A DNA stretch of 64,000 bases from Bdellovibrionales bacterium (GCA_965217115.1 OZ244239.1:992001-1056000), one strand, 5' to 3'; shown: positions 1 through 10,987, counted from the first letter of the stretch. Numbers and translations: made by a program. Notes: generated by a model not told the origin, from the letters alone.

Positions 1-66
1 GATTTTTCCCATCCCCTGGTATACACTGCGTTAGAATCTTTTTTAACAACTCTTTAGTGTTCGTCT

Positions 67-762
67 ATGAAAAGAAAACATATACATATCAGCCGCACAG
101 CTCTTGTTCCCAGGCCTAGCGAATATATTCTAGCTCTTAAAAATGAATTTTCGGGACATGCCTACGATGAGGTTAAATGCCTAGATTTTAAAGGATTTTG
201 GCGCACAAAGAGTTTTGAAATAGGCTGTGATACCCCCATGGATCTAGAGATCGGAACTGGCAATGGAACCCACTTTGCTCACCATGTCGCTTCCAATGAA
301 AACCGAGTCCTCTTAGGAATTGAACTAAAGTACAAACCACTTATCCAGTCTATCAGACGAGCGATAAATACTGGACACGGAGATCGTGTTCGTATTTTAC
401 GTTATAATGCCCTACTCATTGATAACTTATTCTGCGAGGAAGAATTGAATAATGTCTATATTCATTTTCCTGACCCATGGATAAAGAGAAGAAAAACATG
501 GAAACATCGAATTTTCAGTGAAGACTTTTTACAGGTTCTCTATCCTCTACAAAAAAAACAAAGCTTTGTCCAATTTAAAACAGATTCAAAAGAGTACTTT
601 GACTGGGCAATGAAACACATTTCAAAAAGCTCTTACTCCGTGGAATTTATGACCTATGATCTTCATAATTCTGAATATGCTGACCGTAATTTTCGTACTC
701 AATTTGAAAATATTTTTCTAGCACAGAAGACACCTATTAATTTTGCTCTTTTACGTAAATAA
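67..762 (+). CDS. trmB: tRNA (guanine-N7)-methyltransferase
   Basis: LEIGTGNG SAM motif, LGIE, HFPDPW..K..H.R, FKTD and TQFE motifs typical of TrmB. Confidence 0.92.
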   Translation: MKRKHIHISRTALVPRPSEYILALKNEFSGHAYDEVKCLDFKGFWRTKSFEIGCDTPMDLEIGTGNGTHFAHHVASNENRVLLGIELKYKPLIQSIRRAINTGHGDRVRILRYNALLIDNLFCEEELNNVYIHFPDPWIKRRKTWKHRIFSEDFLQVLYPLQKKQSFVQFKTDSKEYFDWAMKHISKSSYSVEFMTYDLHNSEYADRNFRTQFENIFLAQKTPINFALLRK

Positions 763-840
763 AAAACTTCTGGCTCTATTAAAGATCTAAAAGTCTAATG
801 ATATTTCTTTGAACGTTTCGTTAAAATTCTAGTTAGATAT

Positions 841-1869
841 TTAAGAATTATCAGATAACCACTGAGAGTTAAGCCACTCCCACATATGGGGTCGTCTCTG
901 ATTTAATTCAAAGTGAGAACCTTCAAACTCTGAGTAATTCAATTTAACACTCTGACTCTCTAAAACCCCTTTGATTTGCCGAGCCCCAAAGTAGAGCTGA
1001 AATTGATCATAAATACCAACACTCAAATAAATGCCTTTCAATCTTTTTACCGATTCTTTTCGTTCATCCAAGAAACACACAGGGTCCTTTTCTTTCCACG
1101 ATTTCCAAATAAGCTCCTTTACTTCCCCCCGTTCATTCACTGGAAGTTCAAAATCAAACGGTCCCTCTGCCTTAGGTGAATAGCACGAAGCCATGCCCAC
1201 AGTATTCAATACCTCATGCCAGTTTTTTGATTTTAACAGACGTCCCGATTTTAGCTCTCGATGCACGCCCTTCACTCCCCCCGCTCTCTTAATTTGCTCT
1301 AGAGATTTATAAATATCTGGCAATAACGTCACTTCAAAAGCACTGTCAGGAGCCAAAGCAGACACGTAGGGAAACACCTCTGGATATAAACTTGCCAAAT
1401 GCAAAGCTCCATATCCTCCGCTTGAGCCACCACAAATAGCCCAATGATTAGGATGAACAGCATAGTTTTTCTTCAATGTGGGGACAATCTCCTTAATAAT
1501 ATAATCTTCATAATTCCCCACATGAGGACTATTTAAAAACTGCGCACCTCCCCAAAATGTCATTGCATCCACGAAAACATACAATGCCTTGGGAGCCACT
1601 TTGTTCTGCGAACAATGATCAATGGTTTGAATCATATTATCAACAAAGGATTTTACATTAAAATAATTTGGCCCATTACCTGTAAAACCCGCCAAAACAA
1701 ATACAACGGGAAGATTCTCTCTTTTTTCCAAAGGCACTAAAACTGGGTTATAGCGAACAAAAGCATCCTTGAGTGGATTATCCTTCAACACAGAACTCGT
1801 AATTTCCAATGTCTCAATACGATAGTTACTTAAAGCATAGGGATGGAAATTATTTAATGATCGAAACAT
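841..1869 (-). CDS. alpha/beta-hydrolase esterase (Fes/enterochelin esterase-like family)
   Basis: GGSSGGYGAL nucleophile elbow, YEDYIIKEIVP, C-terminal VGIYD and FEGSH. Confidence 0.75.
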   Translation of the reverse strand: MFRSLNNFHPYALSNYRIETLEITSSVLKDNPLKDAFVRYNPVLVPLEKRENLPVVFVLAGFTGNGPNYFNVKSFVDNMIQTIDHCSQNKVAPKALYVFVDAMTFWGGAQFLNSPHVGNYEDYIIKEIVPTLKKNYAVHPNHWAICGGSSGGYGALHLASLYPEVFPYVSALAPDSAFEVTLLPDIYKSLEQIKRAGGVKGVHRELKSGRLLKSKNWHEVLNTVGMASCYSPKAEGPFDFELPVNERGEVKELIWKSWKEKDPVCFLDERKESVKRLKGIYLSVGIYDQFQLYFGARQIKGVLESQSVKLNYSEFEGSHFELNQRRPHMWEWLNSQWLSDNS

Positions 1870-1872
1870 TTT

Positions 1873-2874
1873 TTATCCAAATTTTCGCCATCTTTTTTCA
1901 TTTTTTTCTTCAATTTTTTTAAAATCTCCTTCTGATAGTTCAGATTCATCTACGCCCTTAATCCTATTACGCCCATCATTTTTTGCCCTGTACAAAGCGT
2001 GATCAGCCAAACGAACAATATCCCTTGCATCCTCACTGCCTTTCCCGTGAGGGTTCGTCACCATAAAACCAATACTACAAGTTAACCAGATATCATCATC
2101 ACCATTAACAAAATGATTTTCAGCCACTGCCTTGCGTAATCGCTCACAGAATAATCGAGCACCATCGGGGTTCACTTCCGTCAAAACAATCAAAAATTCA
2201 TCTCCACCATAGCGAGCTGCAAAATCAATCGAGCGAATACTTTGTTTAATAATTTTTCCCATCTCTGTTAAGACAAAACTACCAAATAAATGATCATGAT
2301 CATCATTAACCAATTTAAAATGATCCATATCTAACATCACCACACACACAGATCTCTGAAAGCGCCTTGCTCTTTGTAACTCGTTCTCTAATTTACTATA
2401 AAGATATCTCATATTATACAAATCTGTAAGATCATCTCTCTCCACTAGGGTATTCAATTTTTTATTGGCCTCTTGCAGTTGATCATATAATTTTTTACTA
2501 TGTATTTGTGTTCTCACACGTGCTAACAATTCCTCTGACAAGAAAGGCTTGCACACATAATCATCTGCTCCCATATCAAGCCCATGCACAATATCTTTGG
2601 CATCACTTTTGGCCGTTAATAAAATAACAGACGTATTTTCTATATTTTGACGTATTTTCTTTAAAATCTCTAATCCATCCAAATCAGGTATACTCACATC
2701 TAAAAGAACTAAATCAGGCCGCCAAGACTCAATTTTTCCATACCCCTCAGCTCCTGCCTTGGACGATTCCACCTGATATCCCTCAGAAGACAAAACTGTG
2801 GTCATAAAAGATATTATATCATCATCGTCATCAATAATTAATATTTTGCCAATGTTTTTAAGTTTCTGCACCAT
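1873..2874 (-). CDS. response-regulator diguanylate cyclase (REC-GGDEF)
   Basis: REC motifs (IIDDD, LLD, LTA, KPF); DMDHFK.VND..DH..G; RSID I-site upstream of intact GGDEF. Confidence 0.93.
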   Translation of the reverse strand: MVQKLKNIGKILIIDDDDDIISFMTTVLSSEGYQVESSKAGAEGYGKIESWRPDLVLLDVSIPDLDGLEILKKIRQNIENTSVILLTAKSDAKDIVHGLDMGADDYVCKPFLSEELLARVRTQIHSKKLYDQLQEANKKLNTLVERDDLTDLYNMRYLYSKLENELQRARRFQRSVCVVMLDMDHFKLVNDDHDHLFGSFVLTEMGKIIKQSIRSIDFAARYGGDEFLIVLTEVNPDGARLFCERLRKAVAENHFVNGDDDIWLTCSIGFMVTNPHGKGSEDARDIVRLADHALYRAKNDGRNRIKGVDESELSEGDFKKIEEKNEKRWRKFG

Positions 2875-3132
2875 AGAGCTATTCTACTCTGTATAGAGAG
2901 CTTTTTCACAAAATCACGCCTGTTTTAGAGAAAGCCTCCACTTTAGTCAGTTCATTTTTATACTTTAGGTGGTAGACATTAATGCTTTAATCCAGTAATA
3001 AAAAATGATTCATTTAATAAAAAGAGTTTATGAGGTCCAGTCACAAACAAGAACCTCGCCTAGATTGGAGTCCGTTTGAACAATTCCTTAGTAAACCCTC
3101 TTCATTCTCTCTTAAGAAAATAAGGCTAAAAA

Positions 3133-5547
3133 ATGGCGTACAATCACAAGAACATCGATAAAAAATGGCAAAAAAAATGGCTCGACGAAGATATTTTCAA
3201 AGCTGAAATTGACCACGATAAAGAAAAATTCTACGCTCTGGATATGTTCCCCTATCCTTCTGGATCAGGTTTACACGTCGGACATCTAGCATCATACACC
3301 CCTGGTGAAATCGTATCACGCTACAAGAGAACCAAGGGATTCAATGTTCTACATCCTATGGGCTTTGATGCCTTCGGTCTTCCTGCTGAACAATACGCCA
3401 TTCAAACAGGAATCCATCCAGAAAAAACCACGCACCAAGCCATTGAAAATTTTCGACGCCAACTTCAATCCTATGGGTATAGTTTTGATTGGGACCGTCA
3501 AATTTCTACTTGCGATCCACAGTATTACAAATGGACACAATATATTTTTACCATCCTTTACAAAAAAGGCCTGGCCTATCAAAAAGAGGCGGCCGTAAAT
3601 TGGTGTCCTGCCCTGAAAACTGTTCTTGCCAATGATGAAGTTATTGATGGCAAGAGCGAACGTGGTGGACATCCAGTTATACAAAAACCCATGAAACAAT
3701 GGATGCTTAAAATAACAAATTACAGTGAACAACTCCTCCAGGGCCTCGATGAGATCAATTGGCCACAGAGAACAAAAGAAGGACAAAAAAATTGGATTGG
3801 CAAAAGCATAGGAGCAAAGATTGATTTTTCTATAGATTCTTTTCAGGGAAAGATAACTAAAGAAGACATTTCCGTTTTTACAACTCGTCCCGACACCTTA
3901 TTTGGAGTCACATTTATGGTTTTGGCCCCCGAACACCCTCTTGTTAAAACCATCACCATTGAAAAACAGAAAACAGCTGTTGAAACTTATATCTCGCAAT
4001 CATCCCTTAAAAGTGAGATGGACCGCAAAGCTTCAACTGAAAAAACAGGGATATTCACGGGAGCCCACGCCATCAACCCTCTCAATGGATATAAAATTCC
4101 CATTTGGATTGCCGATTACGTCCTAATGAATTACGGAACAGGAGCTATTATGGCTGTACCTGGACATGACAGTCGAGATTTTGAGTTTGCGGAAAAATTT
4201 GATCTCCCTATCAAAAGAGTTATCGATAGCAAAGAAGATATGCCCTTTGAGGGAGATGGAGCCTTGGTTAATTCTGACTTTCTCAATGGTCTCTCTAAAG
4301 CTGATGCCATCAATAAAATAATCTCCTACCTAGAATCAGAAAAAAAAGGCACTCAGAGTATTCAATACAAACTCAGAGATTGGCTCTTTAGTCGCCAACG
4401 ATATTGGGGAGAACCATTTCCTGTTGTTCACTTGAAAGATTCGGGAACACAAGCTCTGGATCTCAATGAACTTCCCATTGAATTACCTAATGTCGCTAAT
4501 TTTAAACCTACAGACGATGGTGCCGCTGTCTTATCCCGCAACCAAGAGTGGACTAACTACACATCTTCTCTCCAAGAAGAAGGTTCTCGTGAAACAAATA
4601 CCATGCCTGGCGCCGCTGGCTCTTCTTGGTACTTTCTACGTTATTGTGATCCCCACAATGATAAGGAGCTGTGTAGCAAAGACGCTCAAAAATATTGGAT
4701 GCCTGTAGATCTTTACATTGGTGGAGCTGAGCACACTGTTGGTCACCTTCTCTACTCACGCTTTTGGCAAAAAGCCCTATATGAAGAGGGCCTCGTTCTC
4801 CACAATGAGCCTTTTAATAAACTCGCTCATCAAGGTATGATTCTTGGCTCTGATGGAGAAAAAATGTCCAAATCCCGTGGAAACGTCATTAATGTTGATG
4901 ACGTTCAGGATCGCTATGGGGCCGACGCTGTTCGTGTTTTTGTTACTTTTCTTGGACCCATGGATAAAGACAAGCCCTGGTCTGAATCTGGCATCGACGG
5001 AGCCAAACGTTTTCTCGACAGAGTTTGGCGCTTATGCTTAAATGACCAAGGCGACAATATCACTGACAACTCCGATATTAGTCATTCTTTAAATAAAACT
5101 CTTCATAAAACAATTAAGAAAGTCACTACTGATATTGAATCCATGAATTTCAACACTGCTATCAGCTCCATGATGATCTTGGTCAATGAACTTTACAAAG
5201 AAAACTCACACAGCCAAAAGGCTCTAAAACCTCTTTGTCAGCTACTCATGCCCTTTGCTCCTCACATAGCCGAAGAACTTTGGGAGAGAATGGGCGGCAA
5301 GGGTTTTGTCTCTCTTGCGCCATGGCCCACTTTTGAGCCAAATCTCGCTAAGGATAATGTTATTACTATGGGGGTTCAGGTTAACGGAAAAATGAGGGGA
5401 ACCATCGAAGCTTCCCCAGATGAGACAGAAGAAAGCGCCATGGACAAAACCAAAAGCGTGAACTCTATACAAAATGCTCTTGAGGGAAAAAATATTATAA
5501 AAATCATTTACAAGCCAGGTAAAATTCTAAATATTATCGCCAAATAG
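3133..5547 (+). CDS. leuS: leucine--tRNA ligase
   Basis: MFPYPSGSGLHVGH (HIGH), FTTRPDT editing domain, LRDWLFSRQRYWG, KMSKS. Confidence 0.98.
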   Translation: MAYNHKNIDKKWQKKWLDEDIFKAEIDHDKEKFYALDMFPYPSGSGLHVGHLASYTPGEIVSRYKRTKGFNVLHPMGFDAFGLPAEQYAIQTGIHPEKTTHQAIENFRRQLQSYGYSFDWDRQISTCDPQYYKWTQYIFTILYKKGLAYQKEAAVNWCPALKTVLANDEVIDGKSERGGHPVIQKPMKQWMLKITNYSEQLLQGLDEINWPQRTKEGQKNWIGKSIGAKIDFSIDSFQGKITKEDISVFTTRPDTLFGVTFMVLAPEHPLVKTITIEKQKTAVETYISQSSLKSEMDRKASTEKTGIFTGAHAINPLNGYKIPIWIADYVLMNYGTGAIMAVPGHDSRDFEFAEKFDLPIKRVIDSKEDMPFEGDGALVNSDFLNGLSKADAINKIISYLESEKKGTQSIQYKLRDWLFSRQRYWGEPFPVVHLKDSGTQALDLNELPIELPNVANFKPTDDGAAVLSRNQEWTNYTSSLQEEGSRETNTMPGAAGSSWYFLRYCDPHNDKELCSKDAQKYWMPVDLYIGGAEHTVGHLLYSRFWQKALYEEGLVLHNEPFNKLAHQGMILGSDGEKMSKSRGNVINVDDVQDRYGADAVRVFVTFLGPMDKDKPWSESGIDGAKRFLDRVWRLCLNDQGDNITDNSDISHSLNKTLHKTIKKVTTDIESMNFNTAISSMMILVNELYKENSHSQKALKPLCQLLMPFAPHIAEELWERMGGKGFVSLAPWPTFEPNLAKDNVITMGVQVNGKMRGTIEASPDETEESAMDKTKSVNSIQNALEGKNIIKIIYKPGKILNIIAK

Positions 5548-5614
5548 GAGCCTAAAAACTCAAACAGAACAAGTGCAATGGCACTTGGCAATAGGTTCAT
5601 TAGAGGTTTATAAA

Positions 5615-7546
5615 ATGTCAGAAATTCACACAACCACGCAAAACGACACCATACAAGAAAATATGAAACTCTACGGAATTTCCTCTTGGGGACATGATTA
5701 CTTCTCTATTAACGATAAGGGCAATATCCTAGTTACCCCCAAAGGTTTTGATAAGCCAGGATTAGATCTTTATCAATTAACACAGGATCTCGTCGAACGC
5801 GGTGTGCGCCTGCCTTTGCTCATTCGTTTCTCAGATATTGTTGAAGCCCGTGTACAACTATTGTCACAGTCTTTTGCCAACGCCATTAAAGAGTACGGAT
5901 TCAATGGAAATTATCAAGGGGTTTATCCTCTTAAAGTTAATCAACAACGTCATCTTGTTGAAGAGCTTATGAAATTTGGCATCCAGAATAATCTCGGGCT
6001 TGAGTGTGGCAGTAAACCAGAACTCCTTGTTGCTTTAGCGCAAATGAATTGCTCAAATGGATTCATTATTTGCAATGGATTTAAAGATAGTGAATATATT
6101 GAAACAGCACTTTTAGCACAAAAACTTGGACTTAAAATAATTCTTGTGGTTGACCGTCCCATGGAGTTAGGCATGATTCTCAGTGCCTCTAAGAAATTAA
6201 AAATTCATCCACGAATTGGTTTTCGCGCTAAACTCACCAGCAAAGGCAGTGGTAAGTGGACCGAATCTTCAGGGTCACGCTCTAAATTTGGTTTAACATC
6301 CTACGAAATTATCGAAGGCATTAATACCTTGAAGGTCCAAGGCTCTCTACAGTATTTAGAGCTACTTCATTTTCACATTGGTTCTCAAATCACGTCTATT
6401 CAAGCTATCAAAGCCTCACTCAAAGAAGCTTCACGCTTCTATACGGAGATTTATCATCTTGGAGTCAAACCTAAATTTTTAGATGTGGGAGGTGGACTTG
6501 GAATTGATTATGACGGTTCAGGAAAGAGTGAAAGCTCCATCAATTACAATGTGCAAGAATATGCCAATGATGTCGTATCTATTATTCAAGATATTTGTGA
6601 TGAAAAAAAAATCCCTCATCCAACCATTATCACTGAATCTGGCAGAAGTCTTGTCGCCCACACCTCTGTTCTTATTTTTAATATTCTAGGAGTCCATGAA
6701 GTTCGACAACAACAGATGCCGCCAAAAGTAACTGAAAAAGACCACCAAATACTTCAAAACCTACAATACATGTGTGATAATTTAAACGAAACTAATCTCA
6801 ATGAGTCCTTTAATGATCTTAGCCAAATCAAAGAGGAAATTCTCCAGTTTTTTACCTATGGAGTTTTAAATTTAAACGATCGATCTAGAGCAGAAAAATT
6901 TTATTGGGCTCTGATAACGAAAATGGCACACATAGCAAGCACCTTAGAGAATGAAGCTGATATGCTCTCAAATCTTAATCAACTCTTGTCAGACACTTAT
7001 TTTTGTAATTTCTCAATTTTTCAATCCTTGCCAGATGCCTGGGCTATAGATCAGATTTTTCCTGTACTACCAATACATAGGCTCAATGAAAAGCCCAATC
7101 GCCGTGCGCAACTTGTTGACCTTACCTGTGACTCTGATGGAAAAATTGAAACATTCTATGACTTAAAAAAAAATATTACAAAAAACACCTTAGAAGTTCA
7201 CTCTATCGACGAAGAAAATAATTATTATCTGGGAACTTTTCTCACAGGAGCTTATCAGGAAATTCTCGGCGATCTTCATAATTTATTTGGAGATACAGAT
7301 GCCATTAACATTTCCTTATCCGATAAGGGACACTATCAAATAGATTCAGTTGTCAAAGGAGACACGGTTAAAGAAGTTCTTCATTATGTTCAGTACAATG
7401 AAGAAGAATTATTAGAAAAAATTCGTGTGGCTTCTGAAAAAAGCATCTCTGAAGGGGACATGAGTAAGCAAGAGGCTAAATCTCTACTACAACACTATCA
7501 AATAAGTCTTGATGGATACACCTATCTACGAGACTCTAAAAAATGA
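5615..7546 (+). CDS. speA: biosynthetic arginine decarboxylase (start moved to ATG 5615)
   Basis: YPLKVNQ (PLP lysine), LECGSKPEL, HFHIGSQ, DVGGGLG, DLTCDSDG, GAYQEILGDLHNLFG. Confidence 0.96.
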   Translation: MSEIHTTTQNDTIQENMKLYGISSWGHDYFSINDKGNILVTPKGFDKPGLDLYQLTQDLVERGVRLPLLIRFSDIVEARVQLLSQSFANAIKEYGFNGNYQGVYPLKVNQQRHLVEELMKFGIQNNLGLECGSKPELLVALAQMNCSNGFIICNGFKDSEYIETALLAQKLGLKIILVVDRPMELGMILSASKKLKIHPRIGFRAKLTSKGSGKWTESSGSRSKFGLTSYEIIEGINTLKVQGSLQYLELLHFHIGSQITSIQAIKASLKEASRFYTEIYHLGVKPKFLDVGGGLGIDYDGSGKSESSINYNVQEYANDVVSIIQDICDEKKIPHPTIITESGRSLVAHTSVLIFNILGVHEVRQQQMPPKVTEKDHQILQNLQYMCDNLNETNLNESFNDLSQIKEEILQFFTYGVLNLNDRSRAEKFYWALITKMAHIASTLENEADMLSNLNQLLSDTYFCNFSIFQSLPDAWAIDQIFPVLPIHRLNEKPNRRAQLVDLTCDSDGKIETFYDLKKNITKNTLEVHSIDEENNYYLGTFLTGAYQEILGDLHNLFGDTDAINISLSDKGHYQIDSVVKGDTVKEVLHYVQYNEEELLEKIRVASEKSISEGDMSKQEAKSLLQHYQISLDGYTYLRDSKK

Positions 7547-7580
7547 TAAATTTTTTTCAACGACAAAGGACACATCCTTT

Positions 7581-8168
7581 ATGAGATTTATTCGCAAACT
7601 TTATGACTGGCTTCTTGGATGGGCTGAAAAACCTCAAGCTCTCTGGGCTCTAAGTGGAATCGCAATTATTGAAGCCATTTTTTTTCCTCTGCCTGCCGAC
7701 CCTCTACTTATTGCTATGGGAGCTGCTAAACCTAAAAAAGCTCTAAAGTATGCCCTTGTTATTACTCTCTCTTCTGTTACAGGAGGGGCTTTAGGGTACC
7801 TCATCGGCTACTCTTTCTGGAACGCAAGCCAGGACTTCTTTTTTCAATATATCTTTTCTGAAGAGACCTTTCAAGTTGTGAAAACAAACTTTAACAACAA
7901 CGCTTTTCTCGCTATTTTTATCGCCAGTTTTACTCCCATTCCTTTTAAGGTTTTCACCCTTGCGGCAGGAGCTGTTAGTATTCCACTCGTCCCATTTATT
8001 CTTGCGTCCTTGTTAGGTCGAGGATTGCGTTTTTTTCTAATTGCGAGTCTCCTTTATTTTTTCGGCCAGCCTGTTCGAGAATTTATTGAAAAACATTTTG
8101 AAAAGCTCACTCTTACCATCACTTTATTACTCATTTCCGGGTTTTACCTTATTAAATATATCCTTTAG
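7581..8168 (+). CDS. YqaA/DedA (SNARE-associated) family membrane protein
   Basis: LYDW, EAIFFPLPAD, GGALGYLIG, FTPIPFKVFT, GRGLRF; ATG 7581 follows AAGGA. Confidence 0.85.
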   Translation: MRFIRKLYDWLLGWAEKPQALWALSGIAIIEAIFFPLPADPLLIAMGAAKPKKALKYALVITLSSVTGGALGYLIGYSFWNASQDFFFQYIFSEETFQVVKTNFNNNAFLAIFIASFTPIPFKVFTLAAGAVSIPLVPFILASLLGRGLRFFLIASLLYFFGQPVREFIEKHFEKLTLTITLLLISGFYLIKYIL

Positions 8169-8190
8169 ACAGATTTAAGGAGATCGTATT

Positions 8191-9216
8191 TTGCATAATA
8201 TTTTTGGTTTACAAGAATTCAATGAGAAAAATTCAAAAATAATTCTTCTGCCTGTCCCGTGGGAAGTCACCACGTCTTATGGGTCTGGAGCCAGTCTTGG
8301 TCCAAAAGCGATATTAAAAGCAAGCTCACAGATCGATCTCTGTGATTCACAATTTGGCGAAGCCTATCATCAGGGTATTTACATGCGTCCTATTCCAGAA
8401 GATTTAAAAAAGCATAGTGATGAATACAAAACTTTTGTTCAATCTATTCTTAAAGAAACTGAACATCAAAGTATCGACAATAATCTAATTGATTCAAAAC
8501 CAAGCAAGCAAGCCGAAAAATTGCAAGAGGCTGTTAATAGCGCTTGTCTACAGGTCAATGAACAGGTCTATCAGCAATGTTTACAACTTCTTCAACAGGA
8601 TAAAATCGTCGGTGTGATTGGAGGAGACCACTCCACTCCCCATGGCTTTATCAGGGCCATCCACGAACATTATAAAGGAGAGTTTGGTATTTTACATATA
8701 GATGCACATGCTGATTTACGTAAATCCTACCAGGGTTTTACCTGTTCACATGCATCTATTATGCGAAATGTGATGGATAGTTCCTATGCTCCTAAAAAAC
8801 TCGTACAAGTTGCCATTCGTGATTTTTGCCAAGAAGAGAAAGACTTTATCTCAAAGCATCCTTTGATTCACACCTTCTTTGATTACGATCTCAAGAAGAA
8901 GCTTTTCAATAACCAGTCTTGGAAGAGCCTCTGTGATGACATTGTCTCTGTCTTACCTGAGAATGTTTATATTTCACTCGATATCGATGGGCTCTCTCCT
9001 GATCTTTGTCCCAATACAGGAACACCTGTCCCTGGTGGACTTAATTTTGAACAAACCGTTTATCTTATTTCAAGCTTACATAAACATAAAAAACGCATTA
9101 TCGGTTTTGACCTCGTGGAGGTCGCTCCCGCCCAAGATCAACAAAATGAATGGGATGGCAACGTCGGTGCACGGGTTCTCTATCAACTTTGTGGTTGGAC
9201 CCTTAAAACACACTAA
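8191..9216 (+). CDS. speB: agmatinase (ureohydrolase family)
   Basis: GGDHS, HIDAHADL, HAS, SLDIDG, TGTPVPGG, DLVEV; downstream of speA. Confidence 0.88.
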   Translation: MHNIFGLQEFNEKNSKIILLPVPWEVTTSYGSGASLGPKAILKASSQIDLCDSQFGEAYHQGIYMRPIPEDLKKHSDEYKTFVQSILKETEHQSIDNNLIDSKPSKQAEKLQEAVNSACLQVNEQVYQQCLQLLQQDKIVGVIGGDHSTPHGFIRAIHEHYKGEFGILHIDAHADLRKSYQGFTCSHASIMRNVMDSSYAPKKLVQVAIRDFCQEEKDFISKHPLIHTFFDYDLKKKLFNNQSWKSLCDDIVSVLPENVYISLDIDGLSPDLCPNTGTPVPGGLNFEQTVYLISSLHKHKKRIIGFDLVEVAPAQDQQNEWDGNVGARVLYQLCGWTLKTH

Positions 9217-9281
9217 ATAGTTACAGTTTTGATAGATGTTACTCACCTTGCAATTTATTGGAAATTGATAAAACATATCCT

Positions 9282-10132
9282 ATGCTCTCATTCTACTTAA
9301 GAACAATAGCTCTTCTAACTATCACAGGTTCCTTTTTAAGAATTCTCTTTTGGTGGATTCACAAACCACTCTTTGCTCACCTCACCTTCACAGATTTAAT
9401 TCAGTCATTGTTTTTCGGGCTTCGCTTTGATCTATCAATAGCTGCTATTCTGATAACTATTCCAATATTCATTGTCTGGCTGTTACTACGACTTAATTAT
9501 CCTTTTAAAATGAATCTACTTATTATTCCTTCCACGCTCATCATAGTAAATATATGCTTCAACAAACTCAATACAATATCGTTATGATTTTCCTAGAGAG
9601 TTGGTCATCTTATTTTATGTATCGAGGAAATGAACAGTTTACCCCATTTTTTGACTCGATCAAAAAAAAATCGCTCACTACCCTTGAAATGTTAGCCAAT
9701 GGAAGTCGAACGACAGAAGGGCTTTTTGCAACCCTTTGTTCTGCACAGAACCCCCTAGGACAAACTATTGTGAATAGTTTTTTACAAAGAGACGTTGCGC
9801 CGACGATGCTCGATCTACTTAATTTACCAATTCCATTATGGTTTTCAGGAAGATCACTCCTTCGTCCCTCACTCAGAGGAGTTGATTATTACCAAAATGG
9901 TCTTTTAGGGTGGACTGTGCAAGATCGAAGGGTAGAAGTGAACATAAAAAATCGTTCATTGAGCAAATGCTATAAAAGACAAGGGCGGAAATGGATTATC
10001 ACCCCATGTAACAAGTCCTATCAAGAACTGGCCAACCAGAGGCTGGCCTTTACACTATACAGTCAGGAACTTCTCTTCTCTAACAAGGTCAAAGAGTTTG
10101 GAATATTTGATCCCAAACTCCCAGGTCTTTAG
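9282..10132 (+). pseudogene. split and internally deleted LTA-synthase/sulfatase-family gene (ORFs 9258-9587 and 9554-10132)
   Basis: N-terminal TM segment with GLRFDL; second frame has NIVMIFLESWS, TPFFD, NGSRTTEG, then jumps directly to the C-terminal DVAPTMLDLL...FSGRSL; total is about half the usual family length. Confidence 0.7.
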
Positions 10133-10154
10133 AACTATTTTAAAAATATGAAAT

Positions 10155-10523
10155 TTAACGAGCGTAACGCTTGTCCATATTTTCGCGAATCTCAGCACCT
10201 TCAATACTCAAACGTGTCCAAGGAATGGCTATAAGACGATCCTCTTCAATAAGCTCTTCTGTCTCTTCACAAAGCCCATAAACACCACGCTCAATACGAC
10301 CCAAAGCATTTTCGATCTCAACTAACTGACCACGTAACCTATCATGTAAATTTAAAGTCTCGCTCTCAGCTAAGAGGCGCAATGTTTGATCTGCCTCATC
10401 TCCACCCTTCTCATCAAATTGAAGGTCTTCTCTCACACTCTTTACTCGGTTTAAAATATCTGCCTTTTCGTTGAGTAATTTAGATTTACATTTTTCAAGT
10501 AGCTCACTGTTGATGAAATTCAT
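10155..10523 (-). CDS. dksA: DksA/TraR family transcription factor
   Basis: coiled coil with GDEAD tip; IENALGRIERGVYGLCEET...RLIAIPW; GGGGG RBS before ATG 10523. Confidence 0.88.
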   Translation of the reverse strand: MNFINSELLEKCKSKLLNEKADILNRVKSVREDLQFDEKGGDEADQTLRLLAESETLNLHDRLRGQLVEIENALGRIERGVYGLCEETEELIEEDRLIAIPWTRLSIEGAEIRENMDKRYAR

Positions 10524-10987
10524 AAAGTCCCCCATGTTGCTTTCTCAGTTACTCTTGGCTTCCCCTGTTCAACTGTTTTGAGCTGTTTAGCCCTATCAGC
10601 CGCCCCATCCTTAGGTGCCAATTTGGAACTGCTATATCTCACACGATACCCCTTAGATTGGCAAGAAAAATTTCTTAAATGCTCTTAAATTGTTTAAATA
10701 CCTGATTAGACTAAGTAATATACAAGCTATTTGGAATAAATGAAATAAAAAAAAGGATTCTGACTCATTTTGAGATAAAATCTTACAAAGTTTCAGACAG
10801 AAAGTTGACTAAGTCTCTTCAATGACAAGGGTTTTTAAGGAGATTATGACATTGAACGACTCCTTAACAAAGATTTTCTCATTTTTCCGTGTGATTTCTC
10901 GATTGGTTTTTCCGTCAACTCTTGACGGGGTTATTGCCAAACAGACAGACTTAAAGTCTAAGAAGTTTATGTCAGAGCAACAGTGGA

